Source: a virus
Lineage: Duplodnaviria; Heunggongvirae; Uroviricota; Caudoviricetes
DNA length: 64,000 nucleotides
Virus record (IMG/VR): IMGVR_UViG_3300045049_000056
Coordinates: 1-64,000 of that record
Strand: one strand, 5' to 3'
Shown in pieces: positions 35,928 to 47,100 of the stretch; the stretch's first letter is position 1, and each line of letters opens with the position of its first letter. Below the pieces are notes generated by a model. That model ran no database searches and was not told where the DNA came from. It saw nothing but the letters and a program-made list of their open reading frames with translations. The translations under genes were made by a program, and so were the position numbers.

Positions 35928-36437
35928 TCAGTCTTTCGTAACAAGGTTAAGTGAGTAACCCTGTGAAAGGGCTTTGTGTACAACTTTTGCTGGTGTGGCT
36001 TTTGTTCCCAAATCGAGCGATGACAGTCTACGCATACAGATAGTAAGCTCTGCGCACTCCCAGTACTCATCACCGCCTACTGGGAGCAAGTCAAGGTAAC
36101 CTGCAATTGCCTCAAGTTTGCTATATTTCTGCTTGAGTTTGCTACGACCATAAGCTTCTTCTTCCTTGCTCATGGGTTTGTCATGAGTGTGTATATGGTA
36201 GAAGCCGTTGTTGAGGTATTTTGTAAGCGGATTAATTGTGACTTCGGGAACCACTGCTTCTAGAACGCAAGGCTCCCCATGCTCATCCTTAATTAAGACA
36301 CATACGTGCGAAAACTCGCTCTCGGTCGCCATGCGAACAATCTGACTTTCTATATCAGATATTGTTTCCCATTCTTGGTGACTCACAGCAATTATGTCAC
36401 CACTCTGACACGTCTTCTTAAACTCAGAATATTTCAT
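35928..36437 (-). CDS. hypothetical protein (169 aa), Cys/His-containing, possible peptidase
   Basis: ORF between the tail fibre gene and the lysis genes. Confidence 0.5.
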   Translation of the reverse strand: MKYSEFKKTCQSGDIIAVSHQEWETISDIESQIVRMATESEFSHVCVLIKDEHGEPCVLEAVVPEVTINPLTKYLNNGFYHIHTHDKPMSKEEEAYGRSKLKQKYSKLEAIAGYLDLLPVGGDEYWECAELTICMRRLSSLDLGTKATPAKVVHKALSQGYSLNLVTKD

Positions 36438-36451
36438 GGAACATCCTTATT

Positions 36452-37876
36452 TTAGATTTCTTCAATGTCCAACTTAGCGGCTTGATGATTAAAGTACGGA
36501 GTGTTCATCACAGGCGTGGTTGTCAACCTCCCGTACAATTGATGAACGTCCTCTAGCCGTGTATCACTGTTGTTTGGATAAAGGCTCAAAAATATAGGCG
36601 TGCGCGAGCCATTGCCCCACAATATGTCCCACATCTTAGCTCTGTCGGTCGGCCCAAGAGACGGAAGATTGATCTGCTGCTTGCGATGCCGAGGGCCAAC
36701 TTTAACAAGCATACCCCCGGCCTCAGTTCGTATCTGAGTGCTTGTGTCCACAAGTGTAAAAGTGGTTTCGCTCTGATCTGCACCAATAACAGGCTCCCAG
36801 TAATCCCCGATAATCAATCTGCCTGCTTCTACATAACCTTGAAGATTGTTGGTATCGGCAACATCAATAGCGACACCATAGCAGGAAATTCTAGGAATCC
36901 ACGCTCGCGCATATTTGCCACCGCCATACCCGTATGCACTAGATGCTTGTGCAGCAGTGAAGCCACTAAGCTTGACGGCTGGAGATGGGCAACACAGTAC
37001 GAAACCACTGTCATACGCATATGATTGCCAAGAATCTATATAACCGAGCGGACGAGTAAGTGCTGTAGAGGTCGTAGGGTAATAACTGGTAAGGCTGCCT
37101 TGTTCTACTTGAGCACCCCACGCCAGAATAGTGCCTGCTCCATCGCCAGCATAAGCTCCTGCCGCTGCTGCGGCTTTCATACCAACGTATGTTGTCGCTG
37201 CTGTCGAAATTGTTGCTACTGCGGTCACAGACACTCTGTACCAACCCGGCATATTTAGTGCAGGTTGAATCGAGACGACACTTGGTGTGCCATTTGTTAG
37301 TGCCACTGAACCGGAAACAAGATTAAAAATGGCGTATGTGGAGACACCAAATGCTGCGGATGGGAGTCCTACATATCCAAACGAAAGTGTTCCAGCTTTC
37401 AGGAATGTGGACACTGTGTATGTTGTACCGGCGACAAAGTTGATAGCCCACGATCTGATCTCATGGGCAGAATTTGCCGTAGTATCTTGCAGTGTTACAG
37501 CCGACGTACTGCCATCTGGTGCAGCTACCCCTGTTGTTGCTGTAACCGCTGTCCATGACCATCCACTGCTGTTGTCCATCTGCTGAGAATAGCCAACAAG
37601 GTTGGTTGTCTGGCCTTCCGTAGTAGCCCTTACGCGCATTGTTGCAGAGGGTGACCAATTTGTAAATCCAAAAACAGAGGCGCCAATAGTTTCTTGTTGT
37701 GGCCACGTCGCGCGGATCGAAAATTGATTACTCGAAGACCTGCATAAAGCAAACTTATCATCTGTCACGAGATTTGACACAGTTAAGGCGCCAAGAGTAG
37801 CGGACGAAGAAAGGGTTGCCCTATCTGCCGCGTTGTCGTAAATCACTCGTAGATTAGGCATACAACCCCTTTCCAT
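36452..37876 (-). CDS. tail fibre/receptor-binding protein (474 aa)
   Basis: Gly/Thr/Ser-rich beta-type sequence. Last structural gene. Has its own promoter. Confidence 0.6.
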   Translation of the reverse strand: MERGCMPNLRVIYDNAADRATLSSSATLGALTVSNLVTDDKFALCRSSSNQFSIRATWPQQETIGASVFGFTNWSPSATMRVRATTEGQTTNLVGYSQQMDNSSGWSWTAVTATTGVAAPDGSTSAVTLQDTTANSAHEIRSWAINFVAGTTYTVSTFLKAGTLSFGYVGLPSAAFGVSTYAIFNLVSGSVALTNGTPSVVSIQPALNMPGWYRVSVTAVATISTAATTYVGMKAAAAAGAYAGDGAGTILAWGAQVEQGSLTSYYPTTSTALTRPLGYIDSWQSYAYDSGFVLCCPSPAVKLSGFTAAQASSAYGYGGGKYARAWIPRISCYGVAIDVADTNNLQGYVEAGRLIIGDYWEPVIGADQSETTFTLVDTSTQIRTEAGGMLVKVGPRHRKQQINLPSLGPTDRAKMWDILWGNGSRTPIFLSLYPNNSDTRLEDVHQLYGRLTTTPVMNTPYFNHQAAKLDIEEI

Positions 37877-37895
37877 CTAAAGAATAACAAATAAG

Positions 37896-37924
37896 ATTTT
37901 AGCACGTAAAGATGTTATTGTCAA
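37896..37924 (-). promoter_or_regulatory. promoter (TTGACA-N17-TAAAAT) for the distal tail fibre gene
   Basis: Minus-strand -35 at 37924-37919 and -10 at 37901-37896. Confidence 0.55.
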
Positions 37925-37933
37925 AAAGCACAA

Positions 37934-38632
37934 TCACGTTGCTTGAGGCATTGGCATACCCCAATAAATTGCGCTTACAGAATTTGTATCAGCAGCGTTG
38001 GCAACTTGCTGCTTAAGCCATTGGGCATACAAAAAATTATTTTGACCCTGATTAACCATCGCAGTGTAAAACGCCTTCCAATCGTCCAAAGATTCAATCT
38101 GGATATAGGCGTTGTCCACTGTCTTCCACTTGCCTACCCACCCCGGAGGGAAAGCACCCATAAGGGCGATATAACCATTAACACCGTCTATATCACTACG
38201 ACTCAATGCATCACAGGCGATTTCTTTGCCCATATAAGGGAACGATGTAGTGTTAGCCACTAGCCTAGCATTGTTAATCTCAAAAATTTTAGTGGCTTTT
38301 GCTGTGTCAGTAGTGATGTCACCAGAATCTTCAGCAACATCCAAAATATTCTGACCTGCAAAGATGTCGTACTCTTTAATCAAGTCGTAAAAGCCTTTTG
38401 AGCTTGGGCCTTGGCGAGGGTCTGTTGTCAACGCATAAAATGGAACATTGACTTGATATTGCCAGAGAGGGTTAGTATTTTGTGCCCGCACATCTTGGCT
38501 AGCATAAAAGCCAACCAGCACTTCCCAACGAGGGGTAGCCTCTCCGGGCGCGCAAATGCCGTTGATACGCAGTATCCGGAAGTAGTTACCTTTTGCACCA
38601 TTAGGTGCGGTGTGATCCATTAGAATTGCCAT
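37934..38632 (-). CDS. tail protein (232 aa)
   Basis: Lies in the tail fibre cluster. Confidence 0.55.
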   Translation of the reverse strand: MAILMDHTAPNGAKGNYFRILRINGICAPGEATPRWEVLVGFYASQDVRAQNTNPLWQYQVNVPFYALTTDPRQGPSSKGFYDLIKEYDIFAGQNILDVAEDSGDITTDTAKATKIFEINNARLVANTTSFPYMGKEIACDALSRSDIDGVNGYIALMGAFPPGWVGKWKTVDNAYIQIESLDDWKAFYTAMVNQGQNNFLYAQWLKQQVANAADTNSVSAIYWGMPMPQAT

Positions 38633-38640
38633 AATTTTCC

Positions 38641-39777
38641 TTATTGATATGCCGTAGGCGGAGTGCCAGTGACGCTGCTTGGATTAAGTTGAGACACATC
38701 CACAGCAAGAACAAAATTGTTAGTCACCACCCCTGTTTGTGTATTGAATGTGCTGCCACCTGTTCTAGGGTCTTCTTGTATCTCATACAGTTTTGTGTAC
38801 AAAGTGGAACCTTTTCTTTGCACAAGGCCACGCATATCAGAGAAATATCCTATGTTCCCATTAACGTCCGGGGATGAGTAAGCAACCCAATTATCTTGTT
38901 CAAAGAACGGGATTGCTACTCCGGGTGTTCCTGAGAAATTCATTGAATAGCTTGCAGGAGTACCTGTATTAGAATATACAATGTTTTGGATTGCTGAAAT
39001 AGTTACGTTCTCTGCTGATGAATCATAGACAAGAGTTCCATCACTCGTGTAGTATTGTTCTCCATAGCTACCGCCGCCATTTATCGGGCCATCTAAAGCA
39101 AATACATGTAGTGTTGGAACTACATAAGGCACTCCCCGAGGTCTTACGATGGTGAGCGTGACTGTAATATCATAACCGCCCTGCGCGTTTACCCTCCCAG
39201 CTTCCACAAAAGATGTGCAAGAATACCATATATCTGCATTTGTTGAGTCTGGCAAGTTTACGACAATAAACCTATTAGATTGCGGTCTGGCGTTTAGGGT
39301 TGCCGTATGGTCATGTCGAACTATGACGTTATCTCCGTTACAGTACGAGTTTAATACTGGAGTTGCAGATGGCTGCAATGTCGTTACGTATTGAGGTACA
39401 GGATAATTGAAATCTGCTAGTTGATCGCCATCATCGTTATATAAAATAGTTCCGTACGTGTAGGTCTGATTCAATCTCTTAGCAAATACCACAAATTCTG
39501 TAGGTGCCGTCGAATTTAGATAAGGGCTCCCGCTGCTAACTTTAGTCCACACTAATTTTGCATGCCCAAGCCCGTCATCTGTAATTGCAATACTGAATTG
39601 CCCTCCGGACGAGACAGGAAGAATGTATATCGCACCTGCCGGAATCTGATTATAAACTTTACTTCCGGAAGGGGACGAATACTGTATGGTTAGTAGCTCT
39701 ATGAAGATTCCTGCCTTATTTGCTCCAGTCATTGCAACAGAGCCATTTGGGCGATAAGTTTCAATTCCAAGAGTCAT
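38641..39777 (-). CDS. tail fibre protein (378 aa)
   Basis: Ser/Thr/Gly/Asn-rich, beta-helix-like composition. Confidence 0.6.
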   Translation of the reverse strand: MTLGIETYRPNGSVAMTGANKAGIFIELLTIQYSSPSGSKVYNQIPAGAIYILPVSSGGQFSIAITDDGLGHAKLVWTKVSSGSPYLNSTAPTEFVVFAKRLNQTYTYGTILYNDDGDQLADFNYPVPQYVTTLQPSATPVLNSYCNGDNVIVRHDHTATLNARPQSNRFIVVNLPDSTNADIWYSCTSFVEAGRVNAQGGYDITVTLTIVRPRGVPYVVPTLHVFALDGPINGGGSYGEQYYTSDGTLVYDSSAENVTISAIQNIVYSNTGTPASYSMNFSGTPGVAIPFFEQDNWVAYSSPDVNGNIGYFSDMRGLVQRKGSTLYTKLYEIQEDPRTGGSTFNTQTGVVTNNFVLAVDVSQLNPSSVTGTPPTAYQ

Positions 39778-42623
39778 AAAGAAAGATTCCCAATCTTAAT
39801 ACGGATAGCACCTGTCGTATCATAAACTTTGATGGCACCATCGCTAATAACAACACGACCACCACCAGCACCTTTAGCACTGTCGAATGTGCCAATGTTA
39901 TTAGCGATGTCGTTAGCATTAGTCGCTGCACCAGTTACGTTACCGCCCGGACCAAGAGTTGCACCATTGGTTGCATTCAAATCACCTGTGTAAACACTCC
40001 TGTCTAGATCGCGAATCCACGCACCCCAAGACGTATCGGCGCAACCTCCGCTACGTTTCCATACTTCCGACGAGCTTACATACGCCCACTGTGTAGCGTA
40101 TCCACCAGAGTTATCGGTCCAAGGTTTAATAGTTTCTAGTGTACAATAGGTTGCAGACGTTGTAAGCCCAATAGAAGAACATTGCTTGAACTCTTTAACA
40201 TGCGCAACCGAGTATCCTGCTGGCGACGTATTAGTGGTCCGCGCGCCATCAACGACAGGCAAATATTGTACCCGCCCACCCCCTGCTCCATTCAATGTCC
40301 CATCTGAGCCTAAAGTCACTCCTGTGGCCATCGTCGCAGCCTTGGCAGCAAGAGCATTAATCAGCTTTTGTTTTTCATCGTAATACGTTGTCCAATTGCT
40401 ACGCCATGTCGAGCCAACAATGACAGTATCCTGCGTTGTGTCATTCCATGCAGGTGAGAGCGAAAGAAGATATGTTGAAAGATTTTGATGAGCGGTGTTG
40501 TATGCTGTGCGGCTAACACCAAGACCATCGGCCTGTGCAATCAATGTCGTCCATTCAGCATCTACTGTATTCCAGTTAAGAATTACCTGGGCTTTTTCGC
40601 CCCTAGACAGGATATTGTCGCTTGAAATATTCGACAACTGTGTAATTGCCGCATCTGCCGTTACCTTGGCTTCACGCGAACTTTGGAACCACTCAGAATA
40701 AACATCACCTTCTTGGATGATCAGTTCATCAATATGGAATTCGTCATTTACTGCGACCGTCCCATTATTGCAGTCGATATAAAGCCTTCCCTGACCTTCC
40801 ACGGTGCCACCCCAAGTCAGCCGCACCGTGTAGATTTGCCATGCTGTCGAAAGCGCGGGGCGAGCTACCCACACTGTTGAAGATGGTGCAGAGTTCCACT
40901 GAAGAGTAGGCAGGCTGAAACCGGACCCGTTCACCTTCTTCGCCTTGAAGGAAACTACGTACGTCTTATTCGGTTGCCAACCGCCTTGAACACCTCCGGT
41001 TTCTAGTTCGGTTCCGGTATAAAGCCCCCATGTGGTAGCACCCGTGGCGTCGGCCCGAATCCCAAACGCCTTTCCACCTGTGCGGCCCGTTACGTTCAAA
41101 AAGCTTGTTGAAATCGCGGCATTGTTATAGGCTGTGTAGCCGATTGGTCGATAATCCGTTGGAAGATTCTGAGTCTCAAAGCTGCTATTGTTAAGCAGAT
41201 TGTCACCTCCGATCACGACTTTCAACTTGTCCGCGTTAATGTTCGGGGCGTAGGAGTCAGCAAGTTGCTGTCCAACAGCGAGAATCACATTACCATTCCC
41301 ATCTTGCATACTGGCAGACTGCATAATGACATTGCCATTTACGTCAACAGAAAACTTACCATTCGCAGAACTAATCGTGCCACTTACATTCAGGTTGCCT
41401 GTATTTGTCGTAATAGCGCTAAGCGTGCCCACTTTAAGCGAAGACCAATAAGGAATCGACCAAGTAATCTTGTTTGTCGTAGGATCGTAGATACCATCTG
41501 ACTGATACATGTACTGACCAGATGTCAGCGTAGGAACTGTAGAAGACCACGTACCAACAATACCGCCATCGTTCGTTGCAGGAAGACTCGTCTTACCTGT
41601 TGTCTGTGCGGGAGCAGTTGTTGTTGTAGGAGTAGAGGAGGCACAATATGCCGCTACATAAGACGCACCAGCAGCCGCAGCCGCACCATTCGATCCAGAA
41701 TAGCCAACAGCGATGACGGCAGCAGTGGTCCAGTTAAAGCTTGTTTGCGTATTCGTTGCAGTGTCGGTAAGATATACCCTAGCAGCCCAAAGCGTCATGC
41801 CCTGAGAGGCGGACGTACCCGGTGTGGCAGACCAGCCAGAAGGAATCGTGCCAATTGCACCGCCATTCCATGTGTACGTAGATGTGCCGACAGGACCAGC
41901 AGGAATGCTTGCAGCCCATTGGTAGACGTTAATCGTTGCAGACTGCATACCAGCCGTACCAGCATTACCTTGAGGCCCCTGCGCACCATTTGTTGTCCAC
42001 GCTTGCACAGTAGACGACGTGTAGGTTACACTTGTGGTTGTAGCGCCGCCAGCAGCACTAATAGGCATAGCTGCTACATATAAGCTGAGTCCCGGTGTGC
42101 CCGGATTAGACGGAACTGTCACACTCCAATTATCGGAATCACTGTACGTACTATTTGTACTATTTGCCCAAGTGTAGACAGTCGAGCCAGTCGGCTTGGC
42201 AGGTGTAGTGACATTCCACTGATACAGATAAGCTATAGCGTGCTGATCCCCGGCAGGGCCTACTGTACCGGACGTGCCGTCAGAAACTTTAGTCACAGAG
42301 GTGCTTGCTGTGTAAGTTTGCCCGTTGCTTGTCACTGTGGCTGTAACGATTGCAGACGTTCCCGACATAGCATTGTAGGCAATAGTGGCCGTGTTGTCGT
42401 GGTTGTCCGTGATCGTTGCACCGTTCGCTGTAAAAGAAGCTGTGCCCGTGATACCCAGCAAGTGCGCTGTGAAAGTAATGTACGAAGGGGTTGTGACATT
42501 CGATGCGCTCACATGGAATGCTGGGTTATCTGATGTAATCAAGATTGTTGCGCTTTGAGGATTTGTACTCCTCGTTGCTGTCCCCAACAGAAGCACATCC
42601 CTATCGTTCATTACTGTTGCCAT
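39774..42623 (-). CDS. central tail fibre/host-specificity protein (949 aa)
   Basis: Large, Thr/Ser/Gly/Ala-rich, repetitive. Its position after the TMP and distal tail protein corresponds to lambda J. Confidence 0.65.
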   Translation of the reverse strand: MATVMNDRDVLLLGTATRSTNPQSATILITSDNPAFHVSASNVTTPSYITFTAHLLGITGTASFTANGATITDNHDNTATIAYNAMSGTSAIVTATVTSNGQTYTASTSVTKVSDGTSGTVGPAGDQHAIAYLYQWNVTTPAKPTGSTVYTWANSTNSTYSDSDNWSVTVPSNPGTPGLSLYVAAMPISAAGGATTTSVTYTSSTVQAWTTNGAQGPQGNAGTAGMQSATINVYQWAASIPAGPVGTSTYTWNGGAIGTIPSGWSATPGTSASQGMTLWAARVYLTDTATNTQTSFNWTTAAVIAVGYSGSNGAAAAAGASYVAAYCASSTPTTTTAPAQTTGKTSLPATNDGGIVGTWSSTVPTLTSGQYMYQSDGIYDPTTNKITWSIPYWSSLKVGTLSAITTNTGNLNVSGTISSANGKFSVDVNGNVIMQSASMQDGNGNVILAVGQQLADSYAPNINADKLKVVIGGDNLLNNSSFETQNLPTDYRPIGYTAYNNAAISTSFLNVTGRTGGKAFGIRADATGATTWGLYTGTELETGGVQGGWQPNKTYVVSFKAKKVNGSGFSLPTLQWNSAPSSTVWVARPALSTAWQIYTVRLTWGGTVEGQGRLYIDCNNGTVAVNDEFHIDELIIQEGDVYSEWFQSSREAKVTADAAITQLSNISSDNILSRGEKAQVILNWNTVDAEWTTLIAQADGLGVSRTAYNTAHQNLSTYLLSLSPAWNDTTQDTVIVGSTWRSNWTTYYDEKQKLINALAAKAATMATGVTLGSDGTLNGAGGGRVQYLPVVDGARTTNTSPAGYSVAHVKEFKQCSSIGLTTSATYCTLETIKPWTDNSGGYATQWAYVSSSEVWKRSGGCADTSWGAWIRDLDRSVYTGDLNATNGATLGPGGNVTGAATNANDIANNIGTFDSAKGAGGGRVVISDGAIKVYDTTGAIRIKIGNLSL

Positions 42624-42636
42624 TTTATTCCTTTAA

Positions 42637-44121
42637 TTATATTAGTACTTGGACTGTGATTGTGCCCTTAAACCAATTCGGAGAGAGAGAAACCACAACA
42701 CCACTCTTGCCAGCAGAGAGCCCATAACGATTGTGTGTCAATGTAACAGCACAGCCAAGAGAGAGCGAGTTTATGAGTTCTGGCGCTCCAACAAACTCAA
42801 ACACAGATCGAGGAGTGCTCCACATTGCTACACGACGATCTGCTTCAGCAGCAGCATCAGTTCTACGAAGCAGCATTGTGTCAACTTGAGGCGGGGCAGC
42901 GTTAAGCTTGTAATCTGCTTTTGCTGAAAGATTCGTTGACGTCGTAGTCAACCATTCTTGTGCGAACAATTTCTTATGTTCTTCTGGAATGTTCGTAAGC
43001 ATATTATCCTGCACAGTGTAGTTTTTGTCAAATCCCAACTTCACTGACGCTTTCACAAGAGGTCGATTAACAATCTTAAGGGGCCCCAACACAATCTGAT
43101 TCGGGCCGATTGCCACAGGCGTTCCACTGCCACTGATGTTCACTTGAATCAAGCGAAGCAGTCCTGTCCTAGATGTTACCAAGCGTGCGTCAACACTTTT
43201 TGCCAACTCTTGACATGTTGAAAGAACGTTGTCGCCGCTTTCAAGGTACACACCAACAGGTTGCGGGCACGACGTATCAAATGCAGAGAAGTTTGCAAGA
43301 TCAATATCCGCATCTGTATATCTTGTGGCAGACGTACCAAATCCAGTAGCCAAGCGCTTTACAATACCTGCAATCGTATTTACGTAAGTGCCGTTCTTGT
43401 CGCCTTGCACGGAACAAGTAATTGTACCTGCGGAGGCTTGATTAAGCTTGAACGTACCTGTAGAGACATCTTTCGTAATGGCTACAGGAACCCCGTTATC
43501 TCTTACTTCAAGAATATCTTCGATAGCACCATTATGTACTTGATATTGAAGCTGGGTAGGGTCGAGCAACTGAGGTGTAACATTGTGCACCTCGCCAAAT
43601 GTCAACTTAAGAAGATTATCTTTGTTTGTCGGATTTTTGTTCTGAGGGTCGACATCCTTAATCTTCGTCTCTGTCGATGGAGAATTCAATCGTTGCAGCT
43701 TGTCCAGAATTGTCAGCGTCAGAGTTTTTTCATCCTTGCTGTCAATCGTAGCTACAATACCGTTGAAGATCATCTGAAAGTCAGAACGCTTCCAGCTAGG
43801 ATCACCAATCCATGCAATAATCTGTCTGTTATCCCACACATCATCAAGCCAGCTATCCCGCTCCCCGTTGTTGTTAGCAATCTCAAGATCACCACCAGAC
43901 AATCCGCCTTCTCCTTCAATATCCAAACGTTCCGTATATTGTAAACCGGAAGTCAGGACAGGAGAGTATGCTTGGTTGGCAGGGATGTCTGTAGGAGACG
44001 TGATGTACGCCCCCGTAGAAAGATAGCGGGTAATTTCTTGCCCGCCACTTTTCACAGACACCTCAACCAACACAATACGAGGAGCGGCAGGGTTTTTCAG
44101 CCATGCCGCAAAGTCAATCAT
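42637..44121 (-). CDS. distal tail/baseplate-hub protein (494 aa)
   Basis: Immediately downstream of the TMP. AAAGGTA RBS. Confidence 0.6.
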   Translation of the reverse strand: MIDFAAWLKNPAAPRIVLVEVSVKSGGQEITRYLSTGAYITSPTDIPANQAYSPVLTSGLQYTERLDIEGEGGLSGGDLEIANNNGERDSWLDDVWDNRQIIAWIGDPSWKRSDFQMIFNGIVATIDSKDEKTLTLTILDKLQRLNSPSTETKIKDVDPQNKNPTNKDNLLKLTFGEVHNVTPQLLDPTQLQYQVHNGAIEDILEVRDNGVPVAITKDVSTGTFKLNQASAGTITCSVQGDKNGTYVNTIAGIVKRLATGFGTSATRYTDADIDLANFSAFDTSCPQPVGVYLESGDNVLSTCQELAKSVDARLVTSRTGLLRLIQVNISGSGTPVAIGPNQIVLGPLKIVNRPLVKASVKLGFDKNYTVQDNMLTNIPEEHKKLFAQEWLTTTSTNLSAKADYKLNAAPPQVDTMLLRRTDAAAEADRRVAMWSTPRSVFEFVGAPELINSLSLGCAVTLTHNRYGLSAGKSGVVVSLSPNWFKGTITVQVLI

Positions 44122-44124
44122 ATA

Positions 44125-47100
44125 TTACCTTTCTACAATTTTATAAGCCGAGCTAGTTTTTGTCGAAGACACAGCACTAGAAACACCATTGACCGTTTTC
44201 TCTGCTGCCTTATCCTGAGAGTCGTACACAGCACCAATAAGGTTATTATTCGCAGCTTGTGTTGTCTCAATGATAGTTGTGTTCAATGTGTTGACAGCTT
44301 TAACAACATCGGCATTAGAAGCAGCTTGAGTGCTAATCGTTGCCGTCACCGGAGCAATAGCTTGGGTTGTGCTCGTCGTACCAATCGGCTTGATTTCACC
44401 CTTGCCTTCGGGGCTATTAGCAATTGCGTTAGCGATATCTGTAAGCGACACACCTTCTTTGATCTTGCTCAGCCAGAAATCCATGCCTGCCTGATCGGAA
44501 TGACGATGAAGGATATCGTTGTACAATTTCTCGATTGCAGATTGAGCATTGCTTGCAGCCTGATTAGCAACCTTGTCACCCTCTGGAGTGCCCTTCAGAG
44601 CCTTGATAAGATTAGCAATAGCTTGCGAGACAGTAAGCAAACCGTCATTCACGTTGATAAGACCCTCAACTTGCTTATTCAGAGCATCCAGCGTAGCCTG
44701 TGCAACATCTACTTGCTTCTGACCCCAATCCGTCAATTTCTGTGCAACCGATTGAGCGTATTGGAAGTCTTTCTGATATTGCGAGCCAGACGCATTGGCT
44801 GTCTTAGAAGCTTCAAGGAATGCGCTATAAGCCGACGAGAACTGTTCTTGTGCATCCTTGTCACCGCCCTGTGCTTTTTGAGAGATAGTCTCAAATTGCG
44901 ACTTTGCTTCCAAATACTTCTGTTGCGGAGTAAGTGGTGACAAATCTCCCAACAAGCTGCCAGACGTAAGCTGCTTCAAAGTTTTCACAAAATCTTGCAT
45001 CTTGCTTTGTGTTTCTTTGATAGCATCTGACTCTCGCTTGTACGCATCAGTTAATGCGCTACGTGCGTCTTGTGCAAGCTTCTCTGTGTCATCAATAGTT
45101 TGAGCAAATGCAGGAGCAATGTTCATCAGTGCAGCAAACATCTTCGCGCCAGCTTCAGTGGTCAGATCAAGGCTATCCACAACTTGCTTGAATTGCTCTT
45201 TGGTTTTCACATAAGACAATCCAAGACCGTCCATCGCTGTGTTCACAGATTTAATGATCGGTAGGAGCTTTTCTTGGTCTGTGTAGATTGCATTGATGTA
45301 GCTCTTAACACCCTTCGTCAGATTATCAACAGAGCCAAACTGAGTAACCAATGCCTCAGAAGCAGCAATGGCAGCAACACCAGCAGGAATCGTCTTGCTC
45401 AGAGAGTCAAACACATCCTTCACTTGCTGAAGATCGTTAGCAACACGAACAACCGTCTCCATCAACCCTTCACCAATCTTTTGATACCGCTGAAGATCGG
45501 AGAAAGCGAATTGAGCCATTTGATCGCCAAGCTTGGAGAACACATTTTCCAGAGTCTTTTGAATCTCGTCTCCAGTCATGCCCTTCAGGCTGATGTTGCC
45601 AATGTCAACCACAAAGCTTTTCAGCTTCTCGTCAAAAGCATCAGCGTTCATTCCAAGACCTGTTGCAGCAGTCTTGAGGGTGTCTTGCATGTTCAGCACA
45701 ATCTTGGTAATCTGATCGTTAAACTCCGCACCAAGAGATTTGGTTTCTGTGTCATGATCATCTCCACGGAACCAACCACCACTTGTTGTTGTATTGGTGT
45801 ATTGATTCGCAGTGAGTCCAGACATTGCAATTTGTGCCAGCGAAGCAGACTTGACGTTCAAGCCAGTGTCATCCACGGTCTTCTTGCCGCCAAAGATAGC
45901 TGTTCCAACCTTGCCGAGAATGCCGCCAACAACGGGTACTTTGCTCAGGATATTGCCGATGCCAGAGACAGAATCATTCGCAGTGATGCCAGTGAGTCCA
46001 CTATTCTGCACAGCCAACGTGGCAAACTTCTCAATGCTGCCACTAAGCTTATTCAAAGCGTTCAGCATGTCGTTCTGCACAACAAGACCAAGGCCAGAAT
46101 TCTTCTCAGCGATTTTTAGCGAGTTGGCAATCGAGTCAGACTTTTGACCAACCAGTTTGACATCAACACCGTCAGTAATTGTCGGAGAGCCGAGAACAGT
46201 GCCAGTGCCTTGAATCTTTTGTTGATTCGCAGAAGACATTGGGCCGCTGCCTTTACCACCTGTGATAGCAACACCAAGACCTGCGACAAGGGCAGTCATT
46301 GCAGCCATACGAGCAAATGCTGTGTACGGATCACCTTCACCTTGTGTAAGGATGGCATTAACACCTTTGATGATAGACAGAGCAACTTCAGCCGTATGCA
46401 ACACTTGGGCTGCTTTAGCCATTGCCTGATAACCTGTGGAACCTTTGTCAAAGAACGTAGACGCAGCATTAGCCATGTCACCGTACATGCCAACTTGATT
46501 CTGTGCAGATTGAATGCGGATATCCTGAAGCTGTTTCTCTTTTTCAGTTTCAGAAAGCGACTTATTCTCACTGATAATGCGAGCTTTATCCAACAAGCTA
46601 ATCTGGTCGGCCTGTCCTTCAGCGAAAGCTTTGAACATCTTGCCAGCAGCTTCACCAGATGCACCGAAAGAGGCTTTCAGAGATTTCTCAATCTCGCTGC
46701 CAACATCTTTCCACATACGGATTTGTTCTGTTGCCACTTTCGTGAGGGCGGATGAGCGACCAAGGGCGTCGCTGTTCTGTTTATCGTTTGCTTCCTTCTG
46801 ACCAAGCACACCTTTCAGCTTAAGACGTTCAGCAATCTCTTTATCAATCTGGTCAATACGACGTTGATTGACAATGGTGTACATCGCATCCATATTCAGC
46901 AAGTCGTCCTTCTCAGCTTGCAGAGCATCAATCTTCGATTGCTCAACTTCACTTGCCATTTCTTTCTGACGAATACCCGCAGCTTTAACAGCGTCAGGGA
47001 GGCGATTGTAAGCATCCACTTGAGCTTGCACTTGAGCAGTTTGCTTCTCAATCTGCTTCATGATATTGTCTTGCTCTTTCTGCTGCTTAATCGCTTCTGC

